Positions 30,281 to 43,139 of a stretch of DNA of 64,000 nucleotides are shown here, in pieces (positions within the stretch are counted from its first letter, which is position 1; each line of letters opens with the position of its first letter). The DNA comes from Marsupella aquatica (taxonomy: Eukaryota; Plantae; Marchantiophyta). The stretch lies in the NCBI GenBank assembly GCA_973895155.1, contig OZ316892.1, positions 3,723,223 through 3,787,222 of the forward strand, in the 5' to 3' direction. A program made the position numbers and the translations under genes. The notes below the pieces were generated by a model that saw nothing but the letters and a program-made list of their open reading frames with translations, ran no database searches and was not told the origin of the DNA.

Positions 30281-31387
30281 TTTCCAGTGGTTTCTATATC
30301 AGACAGCTATATAGTTGTTTTGTCATTGTTCAGATTAGATTTCCCCAAATCCTTCCTTGAATTGGCCCAGGATTAAGTTAGCTCGATCACCAAACTGTTA
30401 GATCGGCAAACTGTGCCTATTGCATAGGTGATTGGGAATGAATAGAGCTATAGTTTTTGAAATTATGATGACATATTTTTTTCACATCTATTGGTCCGCA
30501 GATTTTGCAATATCATGATTCCATTTTGATGTTGGATTTTCAATGTTCACCAAAGCATATATATATATGCACGGTGAATGATTTTGGAATTACACTTGTT
30601 TGTGTTAAATGCACCATCTCAGGTTTGTGTCGAGGTTGTGTTAGTTCTCCAATCTAACCAATTTGTTTTGCTATTTTTCAATTCAACAAATACTTCCTAA
30701 TAAAACTCTCATCTCAATGCTTGTACGTGTTATACCTTTCCCATATCAGACTGAAGTCAAAGTTAAGAAAACAGCAAACGGATCATTTTATCAAGAGTAC
30801 TAAAATTAAGACTGCCCCTTGATTGAAAGTACGAAAAAAGCAAACGGATCATTTTATCAAGAGTACTAAAATTAGGACTGTCCCTTGATTGCGAGCACAC
30901 TTACACACAGACACTAAGGATCGAAATCCTGGTTAAGTGCATGTTTCAAAAACTCTGGGGCTTGGTGAAGACACTTTAACTGTTTTCAAATACAAACAAT
31001 TAACTCAACCAATCATTTGAAATGAATTTTTCAATGATATGACAGGGTAGTATACATCAGATTAATAAAGACTTGCTCAAGCTGGCCTTATTGCTTTGCT
31101 AACCTACAGGACATGCATGCTAGCAAATACTTAAAACTTGGGGTTTCATTTTTAAAAAATGGCACATCAAGCAAGACAAAGGAAGGACATGCTTTTAAAT
31201 CCAAGGGGTTTCAATTCTGTGGTCTATTAACACATGTGAAATTGTTATTTATTTGGCAAATTATTGTGCAAACGAAAATAGTTATACCAGGCCTACACCC
31301 AAAGGCGTAAAAGGTCCACTAAGCCAATCTACCAGATGGCTACAAGCTAGCTGCCTGTCACATGATGTGGAGTACTTGTGGGTACCC

Positions 31388-34165
31388 TGGGGTGGTCACT
31401 ATATGGAGGGTCATACATCACAGAGTACATTGCATGCAAAGTTTTAAGGTTTGACCCCCTAACTTAGAAGTGAATTTTTTTTTCCTTTGCAACACCCTTT
31501 CTTTATTTAAAATTGGTAATTTTTTTACTAAAAACCCCTTAAAAAATTTAAATAAAGTACTTTTTACAATTGATTAGGCTTATTTGTTCTTTAAAGCAGA
31601 TCAATTAATAAAGCATGCCCTATTGGTTCTTCCACAAAACTTTGGAAGTCTTCTGGTAGTACACCATTTAATGGGCCTATATTTAGTTGCTTGTGACGTG
31701 CCACTTTTGTGGAAGTGATCCTCCTGAGGTGGTACCTGCCCTACCTGCACTATACTAAACCCTACTTCCCTGCTGCCATGGTTCAAAGCCCTTTGAATCC
31801 CCATCATGGCCCTGCTGTCTTGACCACTATATACCCGACTCAGACCTTTACGCTGGTATTGGGCCCACACCACCATGGTTACCGTCAATGGTCATTCCTT
31901 TATAGTTTTGGGTGTACGCGCTTGCCAGGGGGTATGGCCTAGCCTATTTGGTTCTCACTAAAAATGGAAGAATACAGAATGATGTAGGTAGCCTGCCCGG
32001 GTAGCATGGTATAAATTTCAGAAATTTGAGAATGCTATGATTGATTCATGTATCTGTTCCGAGGAGTACCCTCCAGGCTTGTTTTGGGGGATTAGGGTTT
32101 AGGGGTTGAAGGGAGTTTTGAGGGGAAGTTTGTAAATGTCTATAACAATTGTCATCTGTGGATCAATCATGGTTGTCATTCCCACTAGTAAGATTCTGGG
32201 CTATAAAATAAAGCACTTTTCAAGGATAGGCTTTCTAATGCTACAATTCATCCGCAGATCACTGCTGGGATTTGCATACTTAACTGTGGGCTAAAACTTA
32301 CACAGATCATATTATTATTATTAATTTTTTTTTTGTTGGGGGGGGGGGGGGGGCTAGTGTTTCTGTATCAGCAACCAAGCAGGATCATGGATGGTCATGA
32401 TCATGAATGAGATATGGTTCATAGGATGCAATGGTGCAACCATGTTGGTCAATTATAGTTGTGAAGCCAGGTACAACTAATACATATATAGGTATTATCA
32501 TAATTCTGAGTTAAAGTAACTAACTATGGACACAACTGTGCTACCTACACCTTGGATTGAGTTGATCGATCGATGATCAATGGGAGTATTGGGGATTTGA
32601 CAATTTGTTATTTATTACCATTTTTTTGAAAACCTGGCCAAACAACATTTCAGCCTGGGTAGGTAAGCAACTCCCCTTATTATAAAGCAAACTTATAATT
32701 CCTTGTAATGGCTTTATATCCCATTGACCATGTGAGATTTCTATTTAGTCTACTAAATAAAACTCTTTCAATTGTAGCTCTAACCTCAAGGAATCCAAAG
32801 ATATATTACCTTTCAAAAAACCAAATTCTCTTTGACATGGAAAAACTTGATCAAAACCAAATATATGCCCTTTTTGTAATACAAGGTAGGTCTACAACCA
32901 AATGAGTCAGCTTCAATACTAAGATTTTAATTAAAAATTCTAGAAATCTTTAAATAAAGATAACTACTAGTTTAAGAATGTTTTCTTAATCCTGTGTGGG
33001 AAAATAAGAAAACCAAACTTTAGATATGACTCGATAAAATTTAAAAGTGCAAAACCCAGATTTTTTGATTTGTACTTTTTAATGATTACCCAACTTTTAA
33101 GTCCATATAAAAATGTAGATTTATGCTTACTACTCAAACATTCTAGCATGTGTGCAGCTTGAAATCTAGGCTAAATCCAAAACCTGATGCGCCCTACCAG
33201 TTTATGGATGTTGAAAAGTAGTAAAGTATACTTCCTCTTACTATAAAGGTTTTAGCTTTCCTTGGAAAAGCTTGATTGACTTTGGGAACGGTTGCAGAAA
33301 TTTAATCTAACATCTATAAAAAGATTTGCAAATATATATAAGAACTTTGTTGTCTAGTTCCTTCAAGGTTGAGGAGTCCATCCAAGTGAGATTTGTTAGC
33401 ACCTAGCCAGGTGCGTAATCATTGTATAATAGATAAGGGTACACATTCTTATATGGACTTAAAAGGTTACCTATAAAAAAAGAATTCTAAGTATCCTGGT
33501 GAGGAACTCCCATTTTTAAAAGGCAAGCTTTTAATTCCTAATATGGCTCTATATCCAATTGTCCATGTGAAGTTAACTTCATTTTAGTCTACTAATATAT
33601 AAAAAACTTGTACCTCGAAACATAAGGAATCCAAAGACATAACTTAAAAAACCAACCAAGATTGTTAGAACTGGTATTAATGGAAAACCTTGATCAAAAT
33701 CGATTGTATGGTTTTTCTAATACAAGGCTGTACAGCCAAACTAGCCAAGACTTTTTAAAACTATACAAGTCTTGTTTAAAGGACAACTATACAAGTCTTA
33801 TAATAGAAATTATAATTAGTTTAAGAATTGTTTCATTTTAATCCTACATTGGAAAAAGAAGAAAACCACATGCTAGCTATGACCCAGGAAAATTATAAAA
33901 GTGGAAAACCCATATTTTCTATTTTTATTCAATCAAACCTTTTAATAGGCTATATAAAATGTAGACCCCAGGTGTCTATTATACAAAAGTCTTGGGAGGG
34001 GGGGGGGGGACTTTGATCCACAAAAGTGGCACATCATGTGCGACGAAATGGCAAAATTTAAAGAAAGAAAGAGTTTTGCAAGAATTTTTTTTTCACTTAT
34101 AAGTTAGGGGGTCCAACCGTAAAACATCGCACGTGATGTATGGCCTTCCATATAGTGACCCCCCA
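31388..34165. mobile_element. Possible non-autonomous TIR element with long imperfect terminal inverted repeats
   Basis: ggtcactatatggagggtcatacatc (31394) pairs with gatgtatggccttccatatagtgacc (34135); gaccccctaactta (31453) with taagttagggggtc (34100); gtgccacttttgtgga (31698) with tccacaaaagtggcac (34017). No ORF and no TSD identified. Confidence 0.5.
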
Positions 34166-34574
34166 AAACAAGAGTTGGGGAACCATATAATTCATGTATA
34201 GAGTATGATTTTACTCTTTTCACACACAAGATCAATGTTTTCTCCTAAACTTTCCCTATAAATTCTCTTCAAAGATTTAAATTTAGTTTTTCCAACAAAA
34301 TTCCTAAATTGCTGGCTGGTTTGGCTGTAGACTCCAATATTAAAAGAAGCCATATAAATTGGTTTTGATCAAATTGTTACACATTAAAACATGTTCATTT
34401 TTTTAAGTTTCCTATAATTTGGATCCTTGAGTTGAGAGACCAGTTGAGAGGCAAATTGAAGAGTTTAGTATAATTAAATGAACCCAATATGATCAATTGA
34501 ATATATAGAATGCCATGATCACTTGATTATACACGTGTACTAAAAGTCAGGTTTCAAGAATTATTACTTGAAGT

Positions 34575-34783
34575 AAACCACAACAGCCCCTATAAAGGGC
34601 TCCGGGTAACCTGTAGCCCTCATTGTAGAGTGCATAGGTTCAGAAATGGGCATTGGGCTCCACAAAAGGTGGTGAGTGCAAAACATTTTATTGGCAAGTA
34701 CTCCACAAAAATTGCAAGTGTTCCACCTTTTATGGTGAGTAGTGAGACATGGAATGGGGCTTTTATAGTGGCAGATGTGGTTT
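34575..34783. mobile_element. MITE-like element, ~209 bp
   Basis: Ends aaaccacaacagcccctataaagggc and gcttttatagtggcagatgtggttt are imperfect inverted repeats. Flanked by AAGT on both sides (alternatively TA). Absent from the related module at ~28850. Confidence 0.65.
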
Positions 34784-37032
34784 AAGTCTTGGGGGTCTCA
34801 AGAATTATTACAAGTATTGAAGTCTCAGGAGTCTCACTATATGGAGGTCTCCCCATCACGTGCAACATTTTCAGGCCTCAGATCCCCTAAAATGTAAGGA
34901 GTTGTTTTCAACCTCTATAAATTGGAGTATTCTTTATTTCAAAATTTTGATTAAAACCACCCAAATGTTCTTACAAGTCTCAAAACCAATAAAGAGACAT
35001 TATCATTTGTTGCAATTAATATGCCATTTTTGTAGAAGTGAAACTCCTAAGATTTAAGTATTTACAAGCATGTCATGTAGATTAGGAAAGCAATAGGGCC
35101 AGCTTGAGGAAGTCTCTATTAATCTGATGTATACTACCCTATCACATCATTTACAGATTCATTTGAAAAGGCTGAGTTGTTTGTAACAGTTAAAGTGTCT
35201 TCACCACCCCCCAGATTTTTTGAAACATGCACTTAACAAGGTTTTTGATCCTTAGTGTATGTGTGTAAGTGTGCGCGCAATCAAGGGGCAGTCCTAACTT
35301 TGCTACTTTTGATAAAATGATCCTTTTGCTTTTGGTACTTTTGACTTCAGTCTGATATGGGAAATGTATGACACAAGCATTGAGATGATAGTTTTATTAG
35401 GAAGTATAAATTGTGGAATTGAAACATAGCAAAACAAATTGGTTAGATTGGAGAAGTAACACAAACCTCGACACAAACCTGAGATGTGCATTTCACACAA
35501 ACAAGTGCAATTCCAAAATCATCCACCGTGCATAATTATATGCTTTGATGAACATTGAAAATGTAACATCAAATTAAATGGAATGACATGTATAGCAAAA
35601 TCTGGGACCAATAGATCTGAAACAAATTAAATATGTCATCATAACTTCCAATTCTAGAGCTCTAGTCATTCCTGTGTACCCAATCATCCATGTAATAGGT
35701 ACAATTTGCCCAGCTAGCAGTTTGCCAATCGAGCTATTGTATGGTTGAAAAAGGGCTGTTTGTTGGTGTTACTATATTGTCGAATTGGTACTTTCTAGCT
35801 TGGGTCTTCCGGAAAACAAGAGGCAATTGCATGCACATGAGGGAGTGAAGAATGGTTTTGGGGTTTGATAGAGTGAACGCAGGCATTGTGGGATTCTTTC
35901 AGATCAGCAGAGTCAGGATGGTTTAAACTTTCAGATTTGCTCGTTGTTGCATATTAATTCCATGATTCATGTAAAATTACTACCGAGTAAAGAGACCAAT
36001 ATAGACCACTTGCATGTACCATCAGAGCTAGACAACTTTAACTGGGTAGCTTTCTGGCGCGGGTTCTGGCCTAGCATTTGGCAAGTGAAATTAAGAGCCC
36101 CCAAAAGTAAAGTGCAAAAAAGAGCGCCAACAGTGACATGAACTTGCATTGATAAACCACTGCAATTAGCTTTGGGCTAAAAGTGAAGTGAAGTGAATTG
36201 GTAAACAATTGCACTTAGCTTTCATTGGGCTGCTGAGGTGCATGACCACCTGACCACATTCGGGACCACATTCCTGGTCTAGCTTACTTCAGTTACGAAA
36301 AAAACGTGTTCATGTAGAATATTGGAAAATGGTTATTGGCTAGTAGCTAGACCAGTCAAAATAATGACTAAACATTATTTTGAGTGGTGGTAGGGGACAC
36401 ACAACAAGTGGACGAAGCGCCTTATATATCCTTAGCAATATAACAAAATACTTATAGTCCTTAATTATTTGGTCTTATTTTGACGATATGCTCCTGGAGA
36501 ACATTCCCAAATAAATTTCCATTAGTACACATTATCCCGGAAACAAAGAAAGAAAGTGATTCCTTGTTTGCAAACGCCGTGTTTAGACAGATTTTTGCAG
36601 GGCGTCTTAAAGAGTTTGATTTCCCGAAAGTATTGAATCAATTTTGAATTTGGACGTGGGGACTGTAGGACAGGAAAGCTAGCGCATTAAAACATGACTA
36701 CAGAACAAATTTTGTCCCCTCTTCTCTCCATGATAGTCTCCAAGTACGGGCAGTGGTTGCGGAGGGTTTCTCCCACGAATTCTAATCTAGTTCGACTCTG
36801 CCTACTTGAGACTCATCTCGAATTATGGCAAGTAGATGATGGACCCTGCCTACTATACGACACACCAAACTTACGGTGAGTACTTCAATTAATTAATATA
36901 TAATCAATTAAGGATGGAAAAAACTCGTTTGGCTAATTAAGCCAAAGCAAGCCAGGTTAAATTCCTCGCATAACATTCAATTCTCCGGAACAAGGAGTGT
37001 CCACTTACTTTCTCGATCAAATCTAAAAGGTC

Positions 37033-38443
37033 TCAAACTTGAATATTCCTTCTCTTGGAGCGATTTCTTCCAACTCTGTGGTTATTAAACCAATCCACTA
37101 ACTGTATTCTGCTCAATCCAGTTTCCTCAATCAAAAGTTTTAGTTGGACTTTATTTGGCTGTGGACGCCCTGGATTCTGAGCTTGCCAATCTGTAAGAGC
37201 GTTCGTGATGTGCGGTTGAAAGTGAGATTTCAGTTTTCCTTTGAGCTCAGGATTCTCCTTCAGATTTCTCTTCCTTTCATTTTCAAAAAGGCTCGAGACC
37301 TGGCGCTTATCCATTCCGTTGTCTAGTGCTATGTCTTCACATTCTTTGTCGGAGGGGTAAAAGCTGCCAGGGTTCTGAAGCCGCCAGTTTTTAGGAATGT
37401 CCTTGATGTGCTGAGGATGCACAGCAACTCTTCTGTCGTTCTGGCCTCTCATGTATGTGTAAACCCATTTGCAAACCTCCTTTATGAATGTTTCCATTGT
37501 GACTGGAACATTATCAGCCTGTAATGTTTGAAGAGTTGAATCAAGACTGCCCAGTAATGTTGGAAGAATTGGAGATCTTGCCTTCTTCATAGTTTCACAG
37601 AAGGCCTTCCCAACCATTTTATTAAGTAATAGAGTGGCCTCCATAATCATGTCTTCAGTGACAAGAGCGTACGTATGCTTGACCTTCCGTCATGGCTTCA
37701 AAGCTAGATACAGCTGCATCAGATGTCACCGGAGGTTCTCTATGATCAGGTCCAGCCATCGGTGAGCTGGAGAGAGTTTGTCCCGTCTCCGATTCGTGGT
37801 ATTCTGGTGCTGGACCTTCCGTCATGTATTCAAAGCTAGATACAGCTGCAGCGGATGTCACCGGAGGTTCTCCATGATCAGGTCCAGCCATCGGTGAGCT
37901 GGAGAGAGTTTGCCCCGTCTCCGATTCGTGGTATTCTGGTGCTGGACCTTCCGTCATGTATTCAAAGCTAGATACAGCTGCAGCGGATGTCACCGGAGGT
38001 TCTCCATGATCAGGTCCAGCCATCGGTGAGCTGGAGAGAGTTTGCCCCATCTCCGCTTGGTGGTATTCTGGTGCTGAACCTTCCGTCATGGCGTCAAAAC
38101 TAGATACAGCTGCAGCGGGTGTCACCGGAGGTTCTCCATGATCAGGTCCAGCCACCGGTGAGCTGGAGAGAGTTTGCCCTATCTCTGATTCGTGGTATTC
38201 TGGTGCTGGATTGTTGGGACGTGGTTGCCCGCAACCATCTCTTAGCTCTGATTCGGAATGATCCGTTGGAAAACTTGGAGCTTGAGGGCCTACATCCACC
38301 ATGTTTGATTGGTCCAACTGGTTTGTATCCCGATCTGGCCCTTCAGATTGGAAACGCTGCACATTGGGAACCTCAATGCTCCCATGAGTTTGTACTAGTT
38401 CGTGGAGCTCTGGCCGCACGTCAAATCCCAAACCTTGGCTCAT
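37033..38443 (-). pseudogene. Gene encoding an acidic repeat region and two tandem TALE-like homeodomains, split by one frameshift
   Basis: ORF 38443-37655 (four 44-aa repeats) and ORF 37650-37033 join into one frame if the TACG duplication at ~37668-37675 is removed (GCA TAC GCT CTT GTC ACT GAA GAC ATG). HD1: KNWRLQNPGSFYPSDKE...GMDKRQVSSLFENERKR. HD2: LTDWQAQNPGRPQPNKVQ...TGLSRIQLVDWFNNHR. Confidence 0.75.
37682..38209 (-). repeat. Coding tandem repeat, 132-bp (44-aa) unit x4
   Basis: ccttccgtcatg at 37683, 37815, 37947 and 38079. Unit APEYHESETGQTLSSSPMAGPDHGEPPVTSAAAVSSFEYMTEGP. Confidence 0.95.
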
Positions 38444-39074
38444 TTTCTAGAACGCGCCTACCTTTCAGCTGCAAATATGTCACAAACTCAAGCAGAGGTT
38501 CTGCAGTCTATATATCCCTTGAGAGTTTCTCCTCCTTTAGTGGTTTTAGATGCTCTGAAGTTCAGCTACAATCTCTCTTAATTTCTCCTCCTTTCGTGGT
38601 TTTAGATGCTCGTAAGTTCAGCTGCAATCTCTCTTCCTTTTGATCCCAGCCGATCTCACCTCCCTAGAAGATTTTAGGAACTGGAGGTTCCTTCTCTTGT
38701 TCCTTCCCTGGTTATTTCCTCGTGTCTGCAAGTTAAGTACCTACGTATTCTCAACGGCCCACTTAGCTCTGGTTGCACTAGCTCCAGGCCTCCGATGTCC
38801 CGGCCAGTATCCTCGTCCCTACTTTAGATCCACACGTCCCCACGTTTGGTCAGATCCGGCAGTCCTTGCTACTCTATAATTGCAAAAATCCGTCCAAATT
38901 AAGTGAAAGCTCTCCATATGAAACTTACGTTGGAGCAAATTGAACTCACAAGAAGGCTTCCGCCAACTTTCAGGATAACAAGCCTTCAAAAATTTCAGAA
39001 CCTTGTACAGTGCCCTTGATAGATCTTTTTGGATGCTTAAATACTTTGAAATTCAACATTCCACATCTGCTGGT

Positions 39075-39262
39075 ACAAAGAGTTGAGAATGGAAACTGAC
39101 AAATGACATACAAGAGTTCCACATCTACTGGTAGAAAGAGTTAGAATGGAAACTGACAAATGACGATACAAGAGTTGGGAATGGAAACTGGCAAATGATC
39201 TATTGTACACTAAACCCCATCTACTGTCTTTAGTTGGGAAGGGAACTGACAAATGATCGATT
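39075..39262. repeat. Degenerate short repeats containing GGAAACTGACAAATGA (4 copies)
   Basis: Motif at ~39091, 39148, 39183 and 39241. Confidence 0.75.
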
Positions 39263-41122
39263 CTAGTCTGGCCTACCGTTACAATGAATGACATGTCTCT
39301 GGCAGTAAATTCCTTACCATGAACTTAGCCATGAGGTAGTTAACGCAGCTGTTCCGCATCAACTACCAGAGGACCGCCACCGCTGGGTCTGTGACGTTAG
39401 CTCATCGGTTCATCGTGTGTACATCGGACAGAAATTTGACTTTTCTTAAAAGCAAGCCCTGTTCTCCACATCATTTCGATTCGCTTATTTCAGTGTCGTG
39501 TGGCACACAGTGGCTACCGAGTCGTTGTCACCTTCACCTGATCCCTGAGTTTAAGTCCTATTCTGGCTGCCCCCGCACTAGCAACAAGGCTGAAAATGAC
39601 TTGGTGTTCAGAGCCCTCTTCTGTCCTTCGGTTCACTCCTTTCATTCGCAACTCACATATGACCTCCCACACCATTCAACAAGCAAGAGGCCAGAAGTGA
39701 AGGAAAAAAGCTGCACACTTAACACAATATTTGCCACGTTCATCGCTGTAACTTGCTCCTACATTCTAGCTCCTGTTCGATAATTCTCGAAAGTGGTACA
39801 ATCTCGACTGACCAACACCGCAAAACATAAGAAAAATCTTGCTTAAAACAAAGCAGAAGACGAAGCTTAATATGTTCACGATTTGATAGAGCTGGTTCTT
39901 CTGATCTTCTGCAAACGAAGTCCTCTTCTCCGTTACAACAAGTAGGCCACCCAATGCCAATACCAGTAGATATCAAACAAACCTGGAAAGTAAACAGATG
40001 AGCCCGTATACAATTTAATGAACTAAGACAGAGACCACTTCCACTGGAGTTAACTCAATTGAAGAGACGTTCTACACTTATTTTGAATGCTGCAAGCTGT
40101 AGCTTTCGCCAATGCTTAGAGCATCAAAATCCTAACTGTAGTAGATAATGAACTTCAAGGAATAAGCTACTGATACATTTTGGGCGGGACCCTCGAAACC
40201 AATAAAATACTTCGTTGGGGCGCTAAGGGAAACAACGAAGAGTATCTACAGAGACACACTAATAAAGGTAGAGCGTCTTTACAGATGATTTCCCCCCACC
40301 TACCACCCTGTCACTTCCTGAAGCTAGTGAAGATAGGTTCAGTCATCATCACTCCAAATAGTAATTCTCCCATCATTGGCAAGAAAGGTTTTCCTGTGAA
40401 ATAAAATCAGACTGTACGGTAATTAAAGAGCAATTTGCACCAATGGGGCTCAGTATTCTTAGTCGACAAATTCTTTAACATGGGTTGACTGCCATGAGAT
40501 CATTGTCACATCCCAACCAAAAAAAAAATAGTCTGACGCGCTAGCTTGTGGCTGCTGACGATGGCTCCTTGAACCGAACGAATCAGTGATATCTATTATT
40601 AAGCACTAGTCAAAAGAGAATATAAACAATACCTCTGCGTTTCAATCTGTGCTCTTCAACATCTGCATTTCTTCACAGATTGGCTTCACGACAATCAAAA
40701 CTCACAAGGATTCATTATAATGTTACAATGGAACTTAAGTAAGAAGCCCAACTTCAACGCCTCACACATTTTCAGCTTGTCATTCGTTGTCATCACTATC
40801 CAGCCTGAAAATGTCGAGTTATCCCTTCCCCATATTTCTGGGGGCCCGCCTAAATCTGCAATGAACAGGGGGCCGTGCTCTTGGCCAGAACCCTCTCCCT
40901 TTCGCACTCTGTTTTCAATATCTTTGGCTGCTGCAGCCATGGCTCTCTCCCGGTTAATCCTGGGCCAATTCAAGGAAGGATTTGGGGAAATCCAATCTGA
41001 CCAATGACAAAACAGCTATACAACTGTCTGATATATAAACCACGTACTGGAAAGTTTTCTGTGCAGCAGCATCTTGTTCCCCTACATCACTATGCTTGGC
41101 TCTTTGGCCAAATTAAGGACCA

Positions 41123-41910
41123 GCTGCCAGCTATTGCTCAAAGCAAAACGGGACACATGCCAAAAAAAGGCTTGGCTCAACCGGAAAAGAGTGGGATTCT
41201 CTCCCATGCAATTTCTTTTCTATACGTTCCAAGACCTTTGCTTTGAAGAAGCTCGTAGCCAGATTGCCGGCCTCTCACCCAACGAGCTATTGTGAGAACC
41301 TCGTTACTTAAGGGGACCGCAAAATTCGGATCAATTAATTCGGGGGTTATGGTGGGGGTCCTCTCCAAGTTCACCAGCGATATCGTCACATGAAACGGAA
41401 TGCTTCAGTACCCATAAATTCGTGTTGGTATCTTCTACATAAATCTTAGGATATCCACTTGTAGGGCTTGTCATCAAATACTTTTTGGGCTCTCCGTTGA
41501 CCCTCCTTGGGTCACCTGTGAAGCACATTTCTGGAACTTCGTCCGAAGATAGAGGCTCAGAACTCTCTTCTAGTCTCCATGAATTAATCCACCACGCTCC
41601 ACAAAGTGTTGAAGCGATCTGGGCACCAGTCTCCGTATCCTTGATGCAGAAATTCATGAAGTTTACCTTCTGCTCGGAACTGGCAATTAATTAATTAACT
41701 ATGCAACGCGTGTCCTCCCGTTCCGATCCTTGACTGTTTGTGCACTCTTTCCACAGCCCTTGTCCAGTCAGATGAGGACATAAACCTTTTCCTCGTCCTG
41801 GTCAACTATTTGTCTTCTGTCGTTGCCTTGCTGGTCTGTGCTCTGTGGACTTTTGTGTTTGTGAAAACAAACATATAAGTTACCACTGGATGCAATCAGC
41901 TGACAAAACC
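41123..41910 (-). pseudogene. F-box/kelch-like gene copy B, 3' part; its 5' part is at 56897-56954, beyond the CACTA element
   Basis: Collinear with 21671-22452. The N-terminus MSSFFEELLPGILDDVT reappears immediately right of the CACTA end. About 280 bp present in copy A are missing at the junction. Confidence 0.85.
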
Positions 41911-41936
41911 ACATACACTACTACATATTTGCCGTT

Positions 41937-42290
41937 TTTGCGAAGGTCAATTACAAGGGGATAAACGCACCGCGAAGCGCCGTTCATCGCTCATCTTGCG
42001 ATGCAAACCGCATCTCAAACTGCGACACTGACACTCTCGCAACCATTATTTGCGAAACCAACATCTTCGCAAATATTTGCAAAACCAAATATGTCGCAAA
42101 ATGTTTCTGAACCTTTGAGCATTCTACTTAGTAGCGATGTTTACCGTTTCGCAAACAACTTGCGACGCCGATTGCATCGATAACGTTGCGATATTTTTGT
42201 TATCGGAAAGCGGCGTGCGATGCAAAATTAATCGCAATACAGCGAAACTAAGAGAATCGCTAGTTTGCGAGATATTGTGGCTCGCAAAAT
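41937..42290. repeat. Left subterminal repeat array (TTGCGA/TCGCAA core); right array at ~56365-56850
   Basis: Many tttgcgaa / ttcgcaaa / tcgcaa variants in both orientations, CpG-rich relative to the flanks. Confidence 0.85.
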
Positions 42291-43139
42291 CATGGCGCCT
42301 CAGTGGTTCTCTTTAGAGAAGGCTTGAGTTTCGGAAAGTTGAGATGCGAGTTGCTTCGGAATGTAGCGATGGTGTTGGGATGGGATCTAGCGATGAGGTA
42401 GGAATCGTTAATGTAGCCATTAGGTTGAGATGGGTAGGGGTTCGCAAAATGGTTCGGAAATTTGGTTTTGGGGTTTGTCAGATTTAGAAAGGGCATGGGA
42501 CAAGGAATGGAGGAAGGAGGGTCAAGGAGAGAGGAGGGAGGAGGGAGGAGGCACACTTTAGGAAGAAAAGGAGGAGGAAGGGTTGACTTAAGGGGGGACA
42601 AGGAACAAAGGGAGGAGGAGGAGGGCGGTTTAGGGTGCACAAGGAAATGAGGGAGGAGGGAGCGTACCTACCTACAGTTTAGGGAGGGAAAAGGAAAGGA
42701 GGGAGGGAGGGTGGAAGGTATAGGTTTAGGAGAGGGACAAGCCAAGGAGGGAGGAGCATAGGTTGAGGACAGTGAAAGGTGGAAAAATTGAGGGCATCTA
42801 TAGGTTTTAAAAAGGAAGGGGTTGAGACAAGGGGAGGAGGGAGGTGGGTACAAGTACTAGAGAGAAAGGCTAGGGGGTGGGAGAAGGAAAGCTACGAGGA
42901 GGAATGACTACAAGCGACATGAGTTTTCTTTTCATAAAGTGTACCAAAAGGTGTGGGAGTGTACATAGGACTGTGGGGATGGAAGATGTAAAAAAGCCAC
43001 ATTTAAAATTGATATACTTACAAGATTGATTTGGGCAAACATAAATTTATTAATAATTTAGAAACACATATTTCTCCAACCAAGAAGAGAGATCCTCATA
43101 TGTTCAAATCTAACTATATATCCACATAACATATACCCC

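Noticed and set aside
38640-38880. Possible remnant of a further homeodomain C-terminus upstream (minus strand GRNKRRNLQF, similar to GRNRSKRRNIQV)
   Set aside because: Similarity is too short and interrupted by stops to support a call.
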